NCBI GenBank assembly: GCA_016183025.1
Contig: JACPFL010000027.1
Coordinates: 1-60,663, forward strand
Length of the DNA: 60,663 nucleotides
Reading direction: 5' to 3'
Source: Deltaproteobacteria bacterium
GTDB taxonomy: Bacteria > Desulfobacterota > JACPFL01
A program made the translations under genes and the position numbers. Each line of letters opens with the position of its first letter. The stretch's first letter is position 1. The notes below the pieces were generated by a model. The model saw nothing but the letters and a program-made list of their open reading frames with translations. It did no database searches and was not told the DNA's origin. Shown here one piece after another: positions 7,597 through 17,586 of this stretch.

Positions 7597-9030
7597 ATGG
7601 CCAAGATGTTCATTGCCGGGGAGTGGGCGGAGTCAGCCAGCGGGATGACCTACGAGGTTCGGAACCCTGCCACCGGGGAGCTGGTGGACACCGTCCCGAA
7701 AGGGACGGCTGAGGACGCTCGCCGGGCCATCGATGCCGCCGCCGACGCCTTCAAGGGCTGGCGGGAGACGTCGGCCGAGCAGCGCAGCCGCCTCATGCAG
7801 AAGGGTGTGGAGCTGGTCCAGGGTGAGATCAAGGGGCTCTCGGAGCTGCTCACCCGGGAGCAGGGGAAGCCCGTGGGGGATTCCGAGCGGGAGATCGAGC
7901 ACTTCCTGCACGGGCTGCTCTTCTACGCGGGCCTGGCCTCCAAGGTCCGCGGCGCGCAGGTGCCGCTCCCCCAGAAGGGGATGCAGGGCTTCGTGATCAA
8001 GCAGCCCCTGGGAGTCTGTGGGGCCATCGTCCCGTGGAACTTCCCCATCACCCTGATGGGGACCAAGGTGGGCCCGGCCCTGGCCGCGGGAAACACGGTC
8101 GTGGTCAAGCCGGCCTCCACCACGCCCCTGACCGCCATCCGGATCATCGAACTGCTGAGCCGGGCCGGGTTCCCCAAGGGCGTGTTGAACATCATCACCG
8201 GGCCCGGCGGGGTGGTGGGCGAGGAGCTGCTGCGGAACCCGAAGGTGCGCCGGCTCGCGTTCACCGGGGAGACGGCGACCGGACGCCACGTGATGGAGGT
8301 CGCCGGGCGCGACTTGAAGCGCGTGACGCTGGAGCTGGGCGGGAGCGATCCGATGATCGTCTGCGACGACGCGGACCTGGACCGGGCCGTGACCGGGGCC
8401 TCGGTGGGCCGCTTCTACAACTGCGGTCAGGCCTGCCTGGCGGTCAAGCGCCTGTTCGTGTTCGAGTCCATCGCCGACGTCTTCATCGACAAGCTCATCG
8501 AGAAGGTGAAGCGGCTGAAGGTGGGCAACGGGCTGAACCCGGATACCCGGCTGGGCCCCCTCCACACCGCCGCGCAGCGGAAGGAGATCGAGGAACAGGT
8601 GGAAGACGCCCTGACCCGCGGGGCCAAGCTCCTCATCGGCGGGAAGCGGCCGGAGGGGGCCGAGCTCGACAAGGGCTACTTCTACCTGCCGACGCTGCTC
8701 GCCAACGTGCCCGAGGAGTCCCGGGCCGTGCAGGAGGAGACCTTCGGGCCGCTCCTGCCGATCTTTCGGGTCCGGGACCTGGATGAGGCCATCGAGAAGG
8801 CGAACAGCTCGCCCTACGGCCTGGGCTCCTCGATCTGGACGCGCAGCATGCCCAACGCCTACAAGGCCATCGAGCGGCTCGAGGCGGGGAACGTCTGGGT
8901 CAACTCCCTGCACATCGGCTACGACGAGCTCCCCTTCGGCGGGGTGAAGGCCAGCGGCATCGGCCGGGAGCATGGCCCCGAGGCGCTGGACTACTACTTC
9001 GAGCCCAAGGGGGTGGCCATCGCGCTCTAG
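7597..9030 (+). CDS. Aldehyde dehydrogenase family protein (tandem copy 2, intact)
   Basis: The 477-aa protein carries the full set of ALDH hallmarks: WNFP, the ELGG(S) general-base region, FYNCGQAC catalytic Cys, EETFGP, and PFGGVKASGIGRE. Confidence 0.9.
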   Translation: MAKMFIAGEWAESASGMTYEVRNPATGELVDTVPKGTAEDARRAIDAAADAFKGWRETSAEQRSRLMQKGVELVQGEIKGLSELLTREQGKPVGDSEREIEHFLHGLLFYAGLASKVRGAQVPLPQKGMQGFVIKQPLGVCGAIVPWNFPITLMGTKVGPALAAGNTVVVKPASTTPLTAIRIIELLSRAGFPKGVLNIITGPGGVVGEELLRNPKVRRLAFTGETATGRHVMEVAGRDLKRVTLELGGSDPMIVCDDADLDRAVTGASVGRFYNCGQACLAVKRLFVFESIADVFIDKLIEKVKRLKVGNGLNPDTRLGPLHTAAQRKEIEEQVEDALTRGAKLLIGGKRPEGAELDKGYFYLPTLLANVPEESRAVQEETFGPLLPIFRVRDLDEAIEKANSSPYGLGSSIWTRSMPNAYKAIERLEAGNVWVNSLHIGYDELPFGGVKASGIGREHGPEALDYYFEPKGVAIAL

Positions 9031-9037
9031 GCATCAG

Positions 9038-9057
9038 GGTCGGCCGCCGGGCCGACC
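9038..9057 (+). terminator. GC hairpin directly after ALDH copy 2 (terminator/attenuator or RNA-stabilising element)
   Basis: GGTCGGCC-GCCG-GGCCGACC forms a perfect 8-bp stem with a 4-nt loop, 8 nt after the TAG at 9028-9030. No U-tract follows, so function is uncertain. Confidence 0.25.
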
Positions 9058-9117
9058 GCACGGGACAGGGACGACTAGCGGACGGTTCTCCGCGACAGCC
9101 ACAGGGGGAGCAGGAGC

Positions 9118-9906
9118 ATGGCGAACAAGCTGGTGAACTACTCGACCGACAGGGGCCTGGCCATCATCGAGCTGAACAACCCCCCGGCCAACTCCTACGG
9201 CCTGGACCTCCTGCGGGAGCTGGACGACGCGATCATCCAGGCGCGCCTGGACGAGGACGTGCACGTCCTGGTCCTCCGGGGCGCGGGGGACCGTTTCTTC
9301 TGCGCCGGGGCGGACATCAAGATGCTCAACGAATCCTCGCCAGCCGGGCGGTACAACTTCGCCCTGTTCGGGAACGAGACCCTTCAGCGCCTGGAACGGA
9401 CCCCCAAGCTGGTCATCGCTGCCCTGAACGGGCACGCGACCGGCGGGGGTCTGGAGATCGCCATGGCCTGTGACATCCGGCTGGCCAGGAAGGGCGGCGG
9501 ACGGGTGGGGGTGCCGGAAGTCAACCTGGGGGCGATCCCCGGCATGGGCGGCACCCAGCGCCTGCCGCGGCTGATCGGGCGGGGCCGGGCCATCGAGCTG
9601 ATGACCACAGGCCGGCTCCTGGAGTTCGAGGAGGCCCACGCCCTGGGGATCGTCAACCAGGTCCTCGAGTCCGACGGCTTCTGGGAGAAGGTCCTGGAGT
9701 ACGCTCGGCAGTTCGTGGTGCCGAACCGGGCGAGCGCGGCTGTGGGGTGGATCAAGCGGGCGGTGACCTCGGGGCTCGATGCCTCCCTGGACGTGGGGCT
9801 GGCCGTCGAGCGCGAGCTCCTGCAGCAGGCTTTCACCAGCGAGGACCTCAAGGAGGGCACGAGCGCCTTCCTGGAGAAGCGCAAGGCGGTCTATAAAGGG
9901 CGGTAA
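9118..9906 (+). CDS. Enoyl-CoA hydratase/isomerase (crotonase) family protein
   Basis: The 262-aa protein shows FCAGADIK, ALNGHATGGGLEIAMACDIR and FLEKRKAVYKG, all typical crotonase-fold signatures. Confidence 0.9.
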   Translation: MANKLVNYSTDRGLAIIELNNPPANSYGLDLLRELDDAIIQARLDEDVHVLVLRGAGDRFFCAGADIKMLNESSPAGRYNFALFGNETLQRLERTPKLVIAALNGHATGGGLEIAMACDIRLARKGGGRVGVPEVNLGAIPGMGGTQRLPRLIGRGRAIELMTTGRLLEFEEAHALGIVNQVLESDGFWEKVLEYARQFVVPNRASAAVGWIKRAVTSGLDASLDVGLAVERELLQQAFTSEDLKEGTSAFLEKRKAVYKGR

Positions 9907-9998
9907 GCCCGCGTTCAGGCTGTACCTCGGCCACCTCCGGACCTCCCGCGGCTCGCTGCTGATCCGGTCGTCCCTTCGGCCCCAGGAGAAGGTGCTTC

Positions 9999-10487
9999 AT
10001 GCCGGATTCCGCGCTCGCCCGTATCCTGGCAGACTTCCGGGGGGAGCGAGCCGAGCTGCTCCCGATCCTGCACCGGGTCCAGGAGGCGTTCGGCTGCATC
10101 TCCGAGGCCCACCAGCAGGAAGTGGCCCGCGCCCTGCGCCTGCCGCTCTACGAAGTCAACGGCGTGGTCAGCTTCTACACCCACTTCAGCAAGACCCGCC
10201 ACGGCCTCCCGCTCCGTATCTGCCAGGACCTCGCCTGCCATCTGCGCGGGGCCTCGGCCCTGATCCGGGATCTCGGGGCCTGGGTGCGCCAGGCGCAGGG
10301 ACGCGGGGCGGAGTTGACAGCGGAGCCGGTCTCCTGCCTGGGGCAGTGCGACCGGGCGCCGGCCATGATGGTGGGGGGCGAGATCATCACCGAGCTGACC
10401 CCGCAGACGCTGCAGGCCGTCGTGGAACGGCTGGCCAGCGGCCGCCCCGCCTCCACGAACGGGGCGACGGAGGTTGGCGGGCGATGA
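9999..10487 (+). CDS. fdsG: NAD-dependent formate dehydrogenase gamma subunit / NuoE-like [2Fe-2S] protein
   Basis: A thioredoxin-like 2Fe-2S pattern is visible (ICQDLACHLRG ... VSCLGQCDRAPAMMV). The stop overlaps the next start (ATGA at 10484-10487). Confidence 0.85.
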   Translation: MPDSALARILADFRGERAELLPILHRVQEAFGCISEAHQQEVARALRLPLYEVNGVVSFYTHFSKTRHGLPLRICQDLACHLRGASALIRDLGAWVRQAQGRGAELTAEPVSCLGQCDRAPAMMVGGEIITELTPQTLQAVVERLASGRPASTNGATEVGGR

Positions 10488-11773
10488 GCGCTGCTGGCGC
10501 GTCGCCGCGCATCCTGCTACCACCCGAGGGGGAGGCCGCGAGGCTCTATGAGCTGGACGCCTCCCGGCGGCGCGGGGGGTACACTGCCCTCCAGCAGGCG
10601 CTCGCCCTCGGACCTGCGGAGGTGGTGGCCCGGGTGAAGGCGAGCGGCCTCCGGGGGCGGGGGGGGGCGGGGTTCCCCGCGGGCACGAAGTGGGAGTTCG
10701 TGTCCAAGGCCCCGGACCCCGTTCGTTACATCGTGTGCAACGCGAATGAGGATGAGCCGGGAACCTTCAAGGACCGGGTGCTCATGGAGCAGAACCCTCA
10801 CCTGGTGCTGGAGGGGATGGCCCTGGCCGGCTACGCCGCGGGCGCGCGCGAAGGGTACCTCTACCTGCGCAGCGAGTATGTGCGGTCGCGGGAGCGGCTC
10901 CGCCGGGCGCTGGCCGACGCGGCAGCGGCCGGCCTGCTCGGCGACCGGGTGCTGGGGAGCGAGTTCAGCTTCCGCATCCACCTCTTCATCGGCGCCGGGG
11001 CCTACGTCTGCGGCGAGGAGACGGCGCTCCTGGAATCCCTGGAGGGGCGCCGGGGCGAGCCCCGCCTGAAACCGCCGTTCCCCACGCAGGCCGGGCTCTG
11101 GAATCGCCCCACCGTGATCAACAACGTCGAGACCCTGGCCAGCGTCCCCTTCATCGTCCGGGAGGGGCCGGACGCCTACCAGGCGCTGGGGCGGGACGGG
11201 CAGGCCGGGACCAAGATCTACTGCCTGAGCGGGGAGGTCGCGCGTCCGGGCGCCTACGAGCTGCCCATGGGGGCGACGGCCCGGGAGCTGATCTTCGACC
11301 ACGGCGGCGGGATCGGAGACGGGCGGTCGCTCAAGGCCTTCGCGCCGGGCGGCGCGGCCAGCGGATTTTTGCCCGCGGGGAAGGTCGACGTGCCCCTGAG
11401 CTACGAGGCCTTGGCGAACGAGGGGTCCATGCTTGGACCAGGGGCTGTGATCGCGGTGAGCGACCGTGCCTGCATGGTGGACGTGGCGCTGAACCTCCTG
11501 CGCTTCTTCGCGCGGGAGTCCTGCGGGAAGTGCACCCCCTGCCGGGTCGGGACCGAGAAGCTCGTGACGCTGGTCGAGGGGGTGCAGCAGGGACGGGGGG
11601 AGCCTGGGGTCTTCTCCCTCATCCAGGAGCTGGGGCCACAGATGGGGCTGGCCTCGATCTGCGGCCTGGGGCAGACGGGCTATAACCCGGTGACGACCGG
11701 CCTGCGGTGGTTCCGGGAGGAGTTCGACGCTCACCTGGTGGGGCGCTGCCCGGCCGGCGTGTGCGTCCGCTGA
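10484..11773 (+). CDS. fdsB: NAD-dependent formate dehydrogenase beta subunit / NuoF-like (NAD, FMN, 4Fe-4S)
   Basis: I trimmed the track ORF (9779..) to ATG 10484 (MSAAGASPRILL...). Visible motifs are GLRGRGGAGFPAGTKWEF, the FMN/NAD region GAGAYVCGEETALLESLEG, and ESCGKCTPCR. Confidence 0.9.
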   Translation: MSAAGASPRILLPPEGEAARLYELDASRRRGGYTALQQALALGPAEVVARVKASGLRGRGGAGFPAGTKWEFVSKAPDPVRYIVCNANEDEPGTFKDRVLMEQNPHLVLEGMALAGYAAGAREGYLYLRSEYVRSRERLRRALADAAAAGLLGDRVLGSEFSFRIHLFIGAGAYVCGEETALLESLEGRRGEPRLKPPFPTQAGLWNRPTVINNVETLASVPFIVREGPDAYQALGRDGQAGTKIYCLSGEVARPGAYELPMGATARELIFDHGGGIGDGRSLKAFAPGGAASGFLPAGKVDVPLSYEALANEGSMLGPGAVIAVSDRACMVDVALNLLRFFARESCGKCTPCRVGTEKLVTLVEGVQQGRGEPGVFSLIQELGPQMGLASICGLGQTGYNPVTTGLRWFREEFDAHLVGRCPAGVCVR

Positions 11774-11797
11774 GGCGCCGGGCACGAAGGGGACGCG

Positions 11798-14521
11798 ATG
11801 GCCGACACCATTGGCCTCACACTGAACGGGCGGAGCCAGGAGGTGGCGCCGGCGGCCACGATCTGGCAGGCCGCCCGGGCGGTCGGCCTGGAGGTGCCGA
11901 CCCTCTGCTACGACTCCCGCGTGGCGCCGGCTGGCAACTGCCGGGTCTGCATGGTGGAGGTGGCCGGAGAGCGGGTGCTGGCCCCGGCCTGCGCCCGACA
12001 GGTCCAGCCCGGAATGGTGATCGAGACCCAGAGCCCGAAGGCGGTGGCCGCGCGCCGCATGGTGGTAGAGCTGTACCTGGCCGACCACCCCCTGGGAACC
12101 TGCGGGGTGGGGAAAGGGTGCGAGCTGGAGGCCCTGGCCCGCCGGCTGGGACTGCGGGGCTCCCGGTTCCCGGCGCGCAGCAGCGCCCCCAAGCCCGACC
12201 TCTCCAGCCCGGTCATCGCGGTGGACCTCTCGAAGTGCATCCTCTGCCGGCGCTGCATCAGCGCGTGCAGCGACCTCCAGGTGAACAACGTCATCGGCCT
12301 GGATGCCCGCGGCTTCAGCACGACCATCAGCTTCGACACGAACCTGGCGATGGGGCGCTCGACCTGCGTCTCCTGCGGGGAGTGCGTCAGCGCCTGCCCC
12401 ACCGAGGCCCTGGTCGAGCGCCTGCACCAGGACGTGGCCTTCCGGCCCGATGCGCGCAAGACCCGGACGGTGTGCCCCTACTGCGGCGTCGGGTGCAACG
12501 TGGAGCTCCACGTCGTGGACAACCGGGTGGTCCGGGTGACCGGCACGCGGGAGAGCGCAGTCAACCTGGGCAAGCTCTGCGTGAAGGGGCGCTTCGGCTA
12601 TGACTTCATCCAGCATCCGGACCGCCTGACCCGAGCCCTGATCCGCCGGCCGGGCGTCCCGCGAGAGGCCGCGGACCAGGGCGACCCCCGGGACTGCTTC
12701 CGGGAGGCCTCCTGGGACGAGGCCCTGGACCTCGTCGCGGCCCGGCTGGGCGGGCTCAAGGCGCGCTATGGGCCCGACGCCCTCGGCGTGGTCAGCTCGG
12801 CCAAGTGCCCCAACGAGGAGAACTACCTGATCCAGAAGTTCGCCCGGGTGGTGCTCGGGACGAACAACGTGGACCACTGCATCCGCCTCTGCCACGCCTC
12901 CTCGGTCGCTGCGCTCATCTACGCGCTGGGCTCCGGGGCGATGACGAACTCGAGCTTCGAGGTCTACTCCTCGGACGTCATCATCGTGATGGGCTCCAAC
13001 ACGACCGAGAACCACCCCATCATCTCCAGCCACATGCGCCAGGCCGCCAAGCGGGGCGCGACCCTGATCGTCATCGACCCGCGGCGGATCGAGCTGGTGA
13101 ACCACGCCCACATCTGGCTGCGGCAGCGCCCGGGGACGGACGTGGCGCTGCTGAACGGCCTCATGCACGTGATCCTGAAGGAGGGGCTTCACGACGAGGC
13201 GTTCATCCGCGGGCGGACCGAGGGGTTCGAGCAGCTCGGGCCCGTGATCGAGGCATACCCGCCCGAGCGGGTGGAGGCGATCACGGGGGTGCCGGCCGCC
13301 GACCTCGTGCGGGTCGCCCGTCTCTACGGGCGGGCGAAAGCCGCGGCCATCTACTGGGGCATGGGGATGTCCCAGCACACCACCGGCACCGACAACTGCC
13401 TGTCGCTCATCAACCTGGGGCTGCTGTGCGGCCACGTCGGCCGGGAGGGGACCGGGCTGAACCCGCTGCGCGGCCAGAACAACGTGCAGGGGGCCGGGGA
13501 CATGGGGGCCATCCCCGACAACTACCCCGGCTACCAGCCCGTGGAGGACCCCGGCACCCGGGAGAAGTTCGAGCGGGCCTGGGGCGTGCCGCTCAACCCG
13601 CGCCGGGGGCTCACGATCACGGAGATGATGGAGGCCATGCGTCAGGGGGGCCTCCGCGGGATGTACATCGTGGGCGAGAACCCCCTGGTCAGCGAGGCCA
13701 ATATCGCCCACGCCCGGGCCGCGCTGTTTCGCCTGGAGTGGATCGTCGCGCAGGACATCTTCCTGAACGAGACCGCGCGCTACGCCGACGTGGTCTTACC
13801 GGCGGCCTGCTTCGCGGAGAAGGGCGGGACCTACACGAACACGGACCGCCGGGTGCAGCTCGCCCGCCAGGCCGTGGAGCCGCCCGGGGAGGCCCGGGCG
13901 GACTGGGAGATCATCTGCGACGTGGCCGTCCGGATGGGCTACCCGATGCCCTACGAAGACCTGGCCGAGGTCTTCGCCGAGGCCGCCGCGGTGACCCCCA
14001 TCTACGCGGGCCTCTCCTACGCCCGCCTCCAGGGCGAGGGGCTCCAGTGGCCCTGCGCGGATGCGACCAGCGTCGGGGCGCCGTTCCTGCACAAGGAGCG
14101 GTTCACCCGCGGGCTGGGGCGCTTCGTGCCCTGCCACCAGCGGCCGCCCAGGGAGCTCCCCGACGACGATTTCCCGTTTGTGCTGAACACGGGGCGGGTG
14201 CTGGAGCACTGGCACACGGGGAGCATGACGCGCCGCTCCCACGGCCTGGACGCGCTCTATCCCGAGCTCCTCGTCTCCATCCATCCCCTGGACGCCGACG
14301 AGCTGCGGGTGCGGAGCGGCGACCGGGTGCAGGTCGTCTCCCGCCGGGGCCGCATCACCGCCAGGGCGGAGGTGACCGAGCAGACGCCCAAGGGCTCGAT
14401 CTTCATCCCCTTCCACTTCGCCGAGGCGGCCGCGAACCTGCTCACCATCGACGCCCTGGACCCGGTGGCGAAGATCCCCGAGTACAAGTTCTGCGCCGTG
14501 CGGGTCGAGCGCGCTGCCTGA
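11798..14521 (+). CDS. fdsA: Formate dehydrogenase alpha subunit (NuoG-like Fe-S N-terminus plus molybdopterin domain), cysteine-type
   Basis: The 907-aa protein has an N-terminal 2Fe-2S/4Fe-4S region (CRVCMVEV, CILCRRCISAC, CVSCGECVSACP, CPYCGVGC). The active-site context VDHCIRLCHASSV has Cys, with no in-frame TGA. Confidence 0.9.
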   Translation: MADTIGLTLNGRSQEVAPAATIWQAARAVGLEVPTLCYDSRVAPAGNCRVCMVEVAGERVLAPACARQVQPGMVIETQSPKAVAARRMVVELYLADHPLGTCGVGKGCELEALARRLGLRGSRFPARSSAPKPDLSSPVIAVDLSKCILCRRCISACSDLQVNNVIGLDARGFSTTISFDTNLAMGRSTCVSCGECVSACPTEALVERLHQDVAFRPDARKTRTVCPYCGVGCNVELHVVDNRVVRVTGTRESAVNLGKLCVKGRFGYDFIQHPDRLTRALIRRPGVPREAADQGDPRDCFREASWDEALDLVAARLGGLKARYGPDALGVVSSAKCPNEENYLIQKFARVVLGTNNVDHCIRLCHASSVAALIYALGSGAMTNSSFEVYSSDVIIVMGSNTTENHPIISSHMRQAAKRGATLIVIDPRRIELVNHAHIWLRQRPGTDVALLNGLMHVILKEGLHDEAFIRGRTEGFEQLGPVIEAYPPERVEAITGVPAADLVRVARLYGRAKAAAIYWGMGMSQHTTGTDNCLSLINLGLLCGHVGREGTGLNPLRGQNNVQGAGDMGAIPDNYPGYQPVEDPGTREKFERAWGVPLNPRRGLTITEMMEAMRQGGLRGMYIVGENPLVSEANIAHARAALFRLEWIVAQDIFLNETARYADVVLPAACFAEKGGTYTNTDRRVQLARQAVEPPGEARADWEIICDVAVRMGYPMPYEDLAEVFAEAAAVTPIYAGLSYARLQGEGLQWPCADATSVGAPFLHKERFTRGLGRFVPCHQRPPRELPDDDFPFVLNTGRVLEHWHTGSMTRRSHGLDALYPELLVSIHPLDADELRVRSGDRVQVVSRRGRITARAEVTEQTPKGSIFIPFHFAEAAANLLTIDALDPVAKIPEYKFCAVRVERAA

Positions 14522-14570
14522 GCGGCCCCAGCGCTTGCCACCTGTCGCGAGCGTATGTGAGAATGCGGGC

Positions 14571-16220
14571 ATGTTTCCACACGGCAGGCGCGCAGGGTCG
14601 TATCGTCCCACGGTGATGGCCCCGCGCGGCATGGTGACGACCCCCCACTACCTCGCCTCGGCCGCCGGCCTGCATGTCCTCCGTCAGGGGGGCAACGCCG
14701 TCGAGGCCGCGCTCGCGGCGGCGGCCGCGGTGGCGGTGGTGTATCCCCACATGAACGGCCTGGGCGGGGACAACTTCTGGCTGATCTACGATGCCGGGTC
14801 GGGCCAGCTCCGCGCGCTGAACGCCAGCGGCTACGCGGGAAGCCTGGCCGCAATCGAGCGGTATCGGGAGCTGGGGCACGCCCATATCCCGACGCGCGGC
14901 CTGCTGGCTGCGATCACCGTCCCCGGGGCTGTGGCTGGCTGGGGCGCGGCCTTCGCGTTCAGCCGCCAGGCCATGGGGGGGCGCCTGGACTGGGCGACGC
15001 TGCTGGCGGACGCGCGGGAGTATGCCACGGGGGGGTTCCCCGCCTCGACGCGGCTGGCGCGCTGGGTGGAGGCGCACCTCGACGACCGGCAGGAGCTGGG
15101 CGGGCTCGAGGGGTCCCGCCGCATCTTCGGCAAGGCGAATGGCGACGGCTACCGGCCGGGGGAGCGCTTCTGCCAGCCTGAACTGGCCAGGACGCTGCAG
15201 GTCGTGGCCGAGGAGGGGCCGGAGGTCTTCTACCGGGGAGCGCTGGCCAGGGAGATGGCGGCCTTCTTCGAGAAGGAGGGCGGCCTGCTCACGGCGGAGG
15301 ACTTCGCCGACTTCCACCCGGAATGGGTGGAGCCGCTGCGGGTCCGCTACCGTGGGTACGAGGCGTGCAACCAGCCCCCCAACTCCCAGGGGATGGCCTC
15401 GCTGGCGATCCTGAACATCCTCGACCATCTGGATCTGCGCGCGCTGGAGCCCGGGGGGCCTGACCATATCCATGCGGTGGTGGAGGCGACCAAGCTGGCC
15501 TTCGCGGACCGGGACCGCTGGCTCACCGACCCCCGATTCGCCACGATCCCAACCGACCGGCTCCTCGCGCGGGCGTACGGCGAGGAACAGGCCAGGCGGA
15601 TCACGATCTCGCGGGCCGCGCGTGGGGCTCGCCCGGGGCCTGCGGCCGGCGACACGATCTGGCTCGGCGTGGTGGACGAGGCGGGCAACGCCGTCTCCCT
15701 CATCCAGAGCCTCTACTACGAGTTCGGCTCGGGCGTGGTGGCCGGCCGCACGGGCGTGCTCTTCCAGAACCGGGGGGTCTTCTTCTCGCTGGACCCCGCC
15801 CACGTGAACAGCCTGCAGCCGCGGAAGCGCACCTTCCACACGCTGAACGCGCCCATGCTCCTCCAGGACGGCCGCCCCTTCCTGATCTATGGGTGCATGG
15901 GCGGCGAGGGGCAGCCCCAGTATCAGGCCGCGCTGGTGACCCGGCTCGTGGATTTCGGGTTCGAGCTCCAGGAGGCGATCGAGGCGCCGCGCTGGCTCTG
16001 GGGCCGGACCTGGGGACCCGAGGCCTCGTCGCTCTACGTGGAGAGCCGCGTCGGCCGCGACGTCATCGAGGCGCTGGGCCGCCGGGGCCATACGGTACAG
16101 GCGGTCGGGGAGTGGAGCGAGATGATGGGGCACGCCCAGGCCATCCTGGTGGACCCGGAGACCGGGGCCCGCCTAGGCGGGGCGGACCCGCGCGCGGACG
16201 GCGTGGCCCTGGGGTACTGA
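14571..16220 (+). CDS. ggt: Gamma-glutamyltransferase family (Ntn-hydrolase) protein
   Basis: Visible motifs are GGNAVEAALAAAAAVAVVYPHMNGLGGD, the autoprocessing/nucleophile context GDTIWLGVVD, and HTLNAPM. I preferred ATG 14571 (MFPHG...) over the TTG at 14535. Confidence 0.8.
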   Translation: MFPHGRRAGSYRPTVMAPRGMVTTPHYLASAAGLHVLRQGGNAVEAALAAAAAVAVVYPHMNGLGGDNFWLIYDAGSGQLRALNASGYAGSLAAIERYRELGHAHIPTRGLLAAITVPGAVAGWGAAFAFSRQAMGGRLDWATLLADAREYATGGFPASTRLARWVEAHLDDRQELGGLEGSRRIFGKANGDGYRPGERFCQPELARTLQVVAEEGPEVFYRGALAREMAAFFEKEGGLLTAEDFADFHPEWVEPLRVRYRGYEACNQPPNSQGMASLAILNILDHLDLRALEPGGPDHIHAVVEATKLAFADRDRWLTDPRFATIPTDRLLARAYGEEQARRITISRAARGARPGPAAGDTIWLGVVDEAGNAVSLIQSLYYEFGSGVVAGRTGVLFQNRGVFFSLDPAHVNSLQPRKRTFHTLNAPMLLQDGRPFLIYGCMGGEGQPQYQAALVTRLVDFGFELQEAIEAPRWLWGRTWGPEASSLYVESRVGRDVIEALGRRGHTVQAVGEWSEMMGHAQAILVDPETGARLGGADPRADGVALGY

Positions 16221-16269
16221 TGGCGCTGAGCGCGGAGGCCGGGACGCCGGGTCGCGCGCGAGAACGAGG

Positions 16270-17586
16270 ATGCCAGAGGAGCAGCGCTGCGATGTGATCG
16301 TCGTGGGGGCCGGACCGGCGGGGAGCGCCGCGGCCCACGTGCTGGCGAAGGCCGGGCTGGAGGTCGTGGTCTTCGAGCGCGGCGAGTACCCCGGGGCCAA
16401 GAACCTGTTCGGCGGCATCCTCTACACGACCGTCCTGAACCAGCTCATCCCCGACTTCTGGCAGACCGCCCCGCTGGAGCGCCAGGTCACCCGGCGCCGC
16501 TTCTCGCTGCTCGGCCGGGACGGGGAGGTCGCGGGGGAGTACGACTGCAAGGCCTTCTCGAAGCCGCCCTACAACCACTCCTACACGGTCTCCCGGGCGA
16601 AGTTCGACCGCTGGTTCGCCGAGCGGGCGGAGGAGGCGGGCGCCTTCATCGTGCCCGAGACGGTGGTGGACGACCTCATCCGGAAGGACGGGAAGGTCGT
16701 CGGGGTCTCTGCCCGCCGGGAGGATGGGGAGTTCTACGCGGACGTCGTGGTGGTGGCCGAGGGCGCCAGCTCGTTCCTGGCCGAGAAGGCAGGGCTCCGG
16801 AAGGCATTCGACCCCAACCGGATGCAGCTCGCCGTGAAGGAGGTCCTCGCCCTGCCGGCCGCGGTCGTCGAGGACCGCTTCAACCTGGAGGCGGACGAAG
16901 GGGCCGCGGTGAGCTACCTGGGCGGGGACGCCGTCCTGGGGATGTTCGGCGGCGCCTTCATCTACACGAACCGGGAGAGCCTCTCGGTGGGCGTGGCCTG
17001 CTCGCTGCACGACCTCCCGGCCCGGAAGCTCACACCCAACGAGGTGCTCGACCACTTCAAGAGCCACCCCAGCGTGAGGCCCTTGCTCCGCGGGACGGAG
17101 ACGATCGAGTACTCCGGGCACATGATCCCCGAGTTCGGCCGGGAGACCATGCCGAGCATCGTGGCCGACGGGGTGATCTTCGTGGGCGACGCCGCCGGGC
17201 TCGTGAACATCTCGCCCTTCTACCAGGAGGGGACGAACCTGGCCATGGCCTCGGGGGTGATGGCTGCCGAGACGATCCTGGAGGCGCGCAGGGCCGGGGC
17301 GCCCATGAGCGCTGCCACGCTGCAGGCCTACGTGCGGCGCCTGGAGCAGAGCTTCGTGATGAAGGACGTGCAGAAGTACACGAGGCTCCCGGAGCTGGCT
17401 GCGCGGACCCCGCAGTTCTTCAACCGCTACCCGTACCTGCTCTGCGACCTTGCCCGGGAGTTCTTCACCGTGGACGACCGGCCCAAGGAGGAGATCGAGA
17501 AGGGGCTCATCCGCAAGCTCCGTCAGGAGGTGGGGCTGCTGCCCCTCGCTCGGGACCTCTGGCGGATGTGGAGAGCCATGCGGTGA
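16270..17586 (+). CDS. fixC: FixC-type flavoprotein dehydrogenase (ETF-quinone oxidoreductase family)
   Basis: The N-terminal FAD fold is CDVIVVGAGPAGSAAAHVLAKAGLEVVVFERGEYPGAKN. The 438-aa length and the FixX-like gene immediately downstream support the call. Confidence 0.85.
   Translation: MPEEQRCDVIVVGAGPAGSAAAHVLAKAGLEVVVFERGEYPGAKNLFGGILYTTVLNQLIPDFWQTAPLERQVTRRRFSLLGRDGEVAGEYDCKAFSKPPYNHSYTVSRAKFDRWFAERAEEAGAFIVPETVVDDLIRKDGKVVGVSARREDGEFYADVVVVAEGASSFLAEKAGLRKAFDPNRMQLAVKEVLALPAAVVEDRFNLEADEGAAVSYLGGDAVLGMFGGAFIYTNRESLSVGVACSLHDLPARKLTPNEVLDHFKSHPSVRPLLRGTETIEYSGHMIPEFGRETMPSIVADGVIFVGDAAGLVNISPFYQEGTNLAMASGVMAAETILEARRAGAPMSAATLQAYVRRLEQSFVMKDVQKYTRLPELAARTPQFFNRYPYLLCDLAREFFTVDDRPKEEIEKGLIRKLRQEVGLLPLARDLWRMWRAMR

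Noticed and set aside
11798-14521. Selenocysteine recoding in the formate dehydrogenase alpha subunit.
   Set aside because: The active-site position is a Cys codon (..RLCHASS..), and the ORF has no in-frame TGA.
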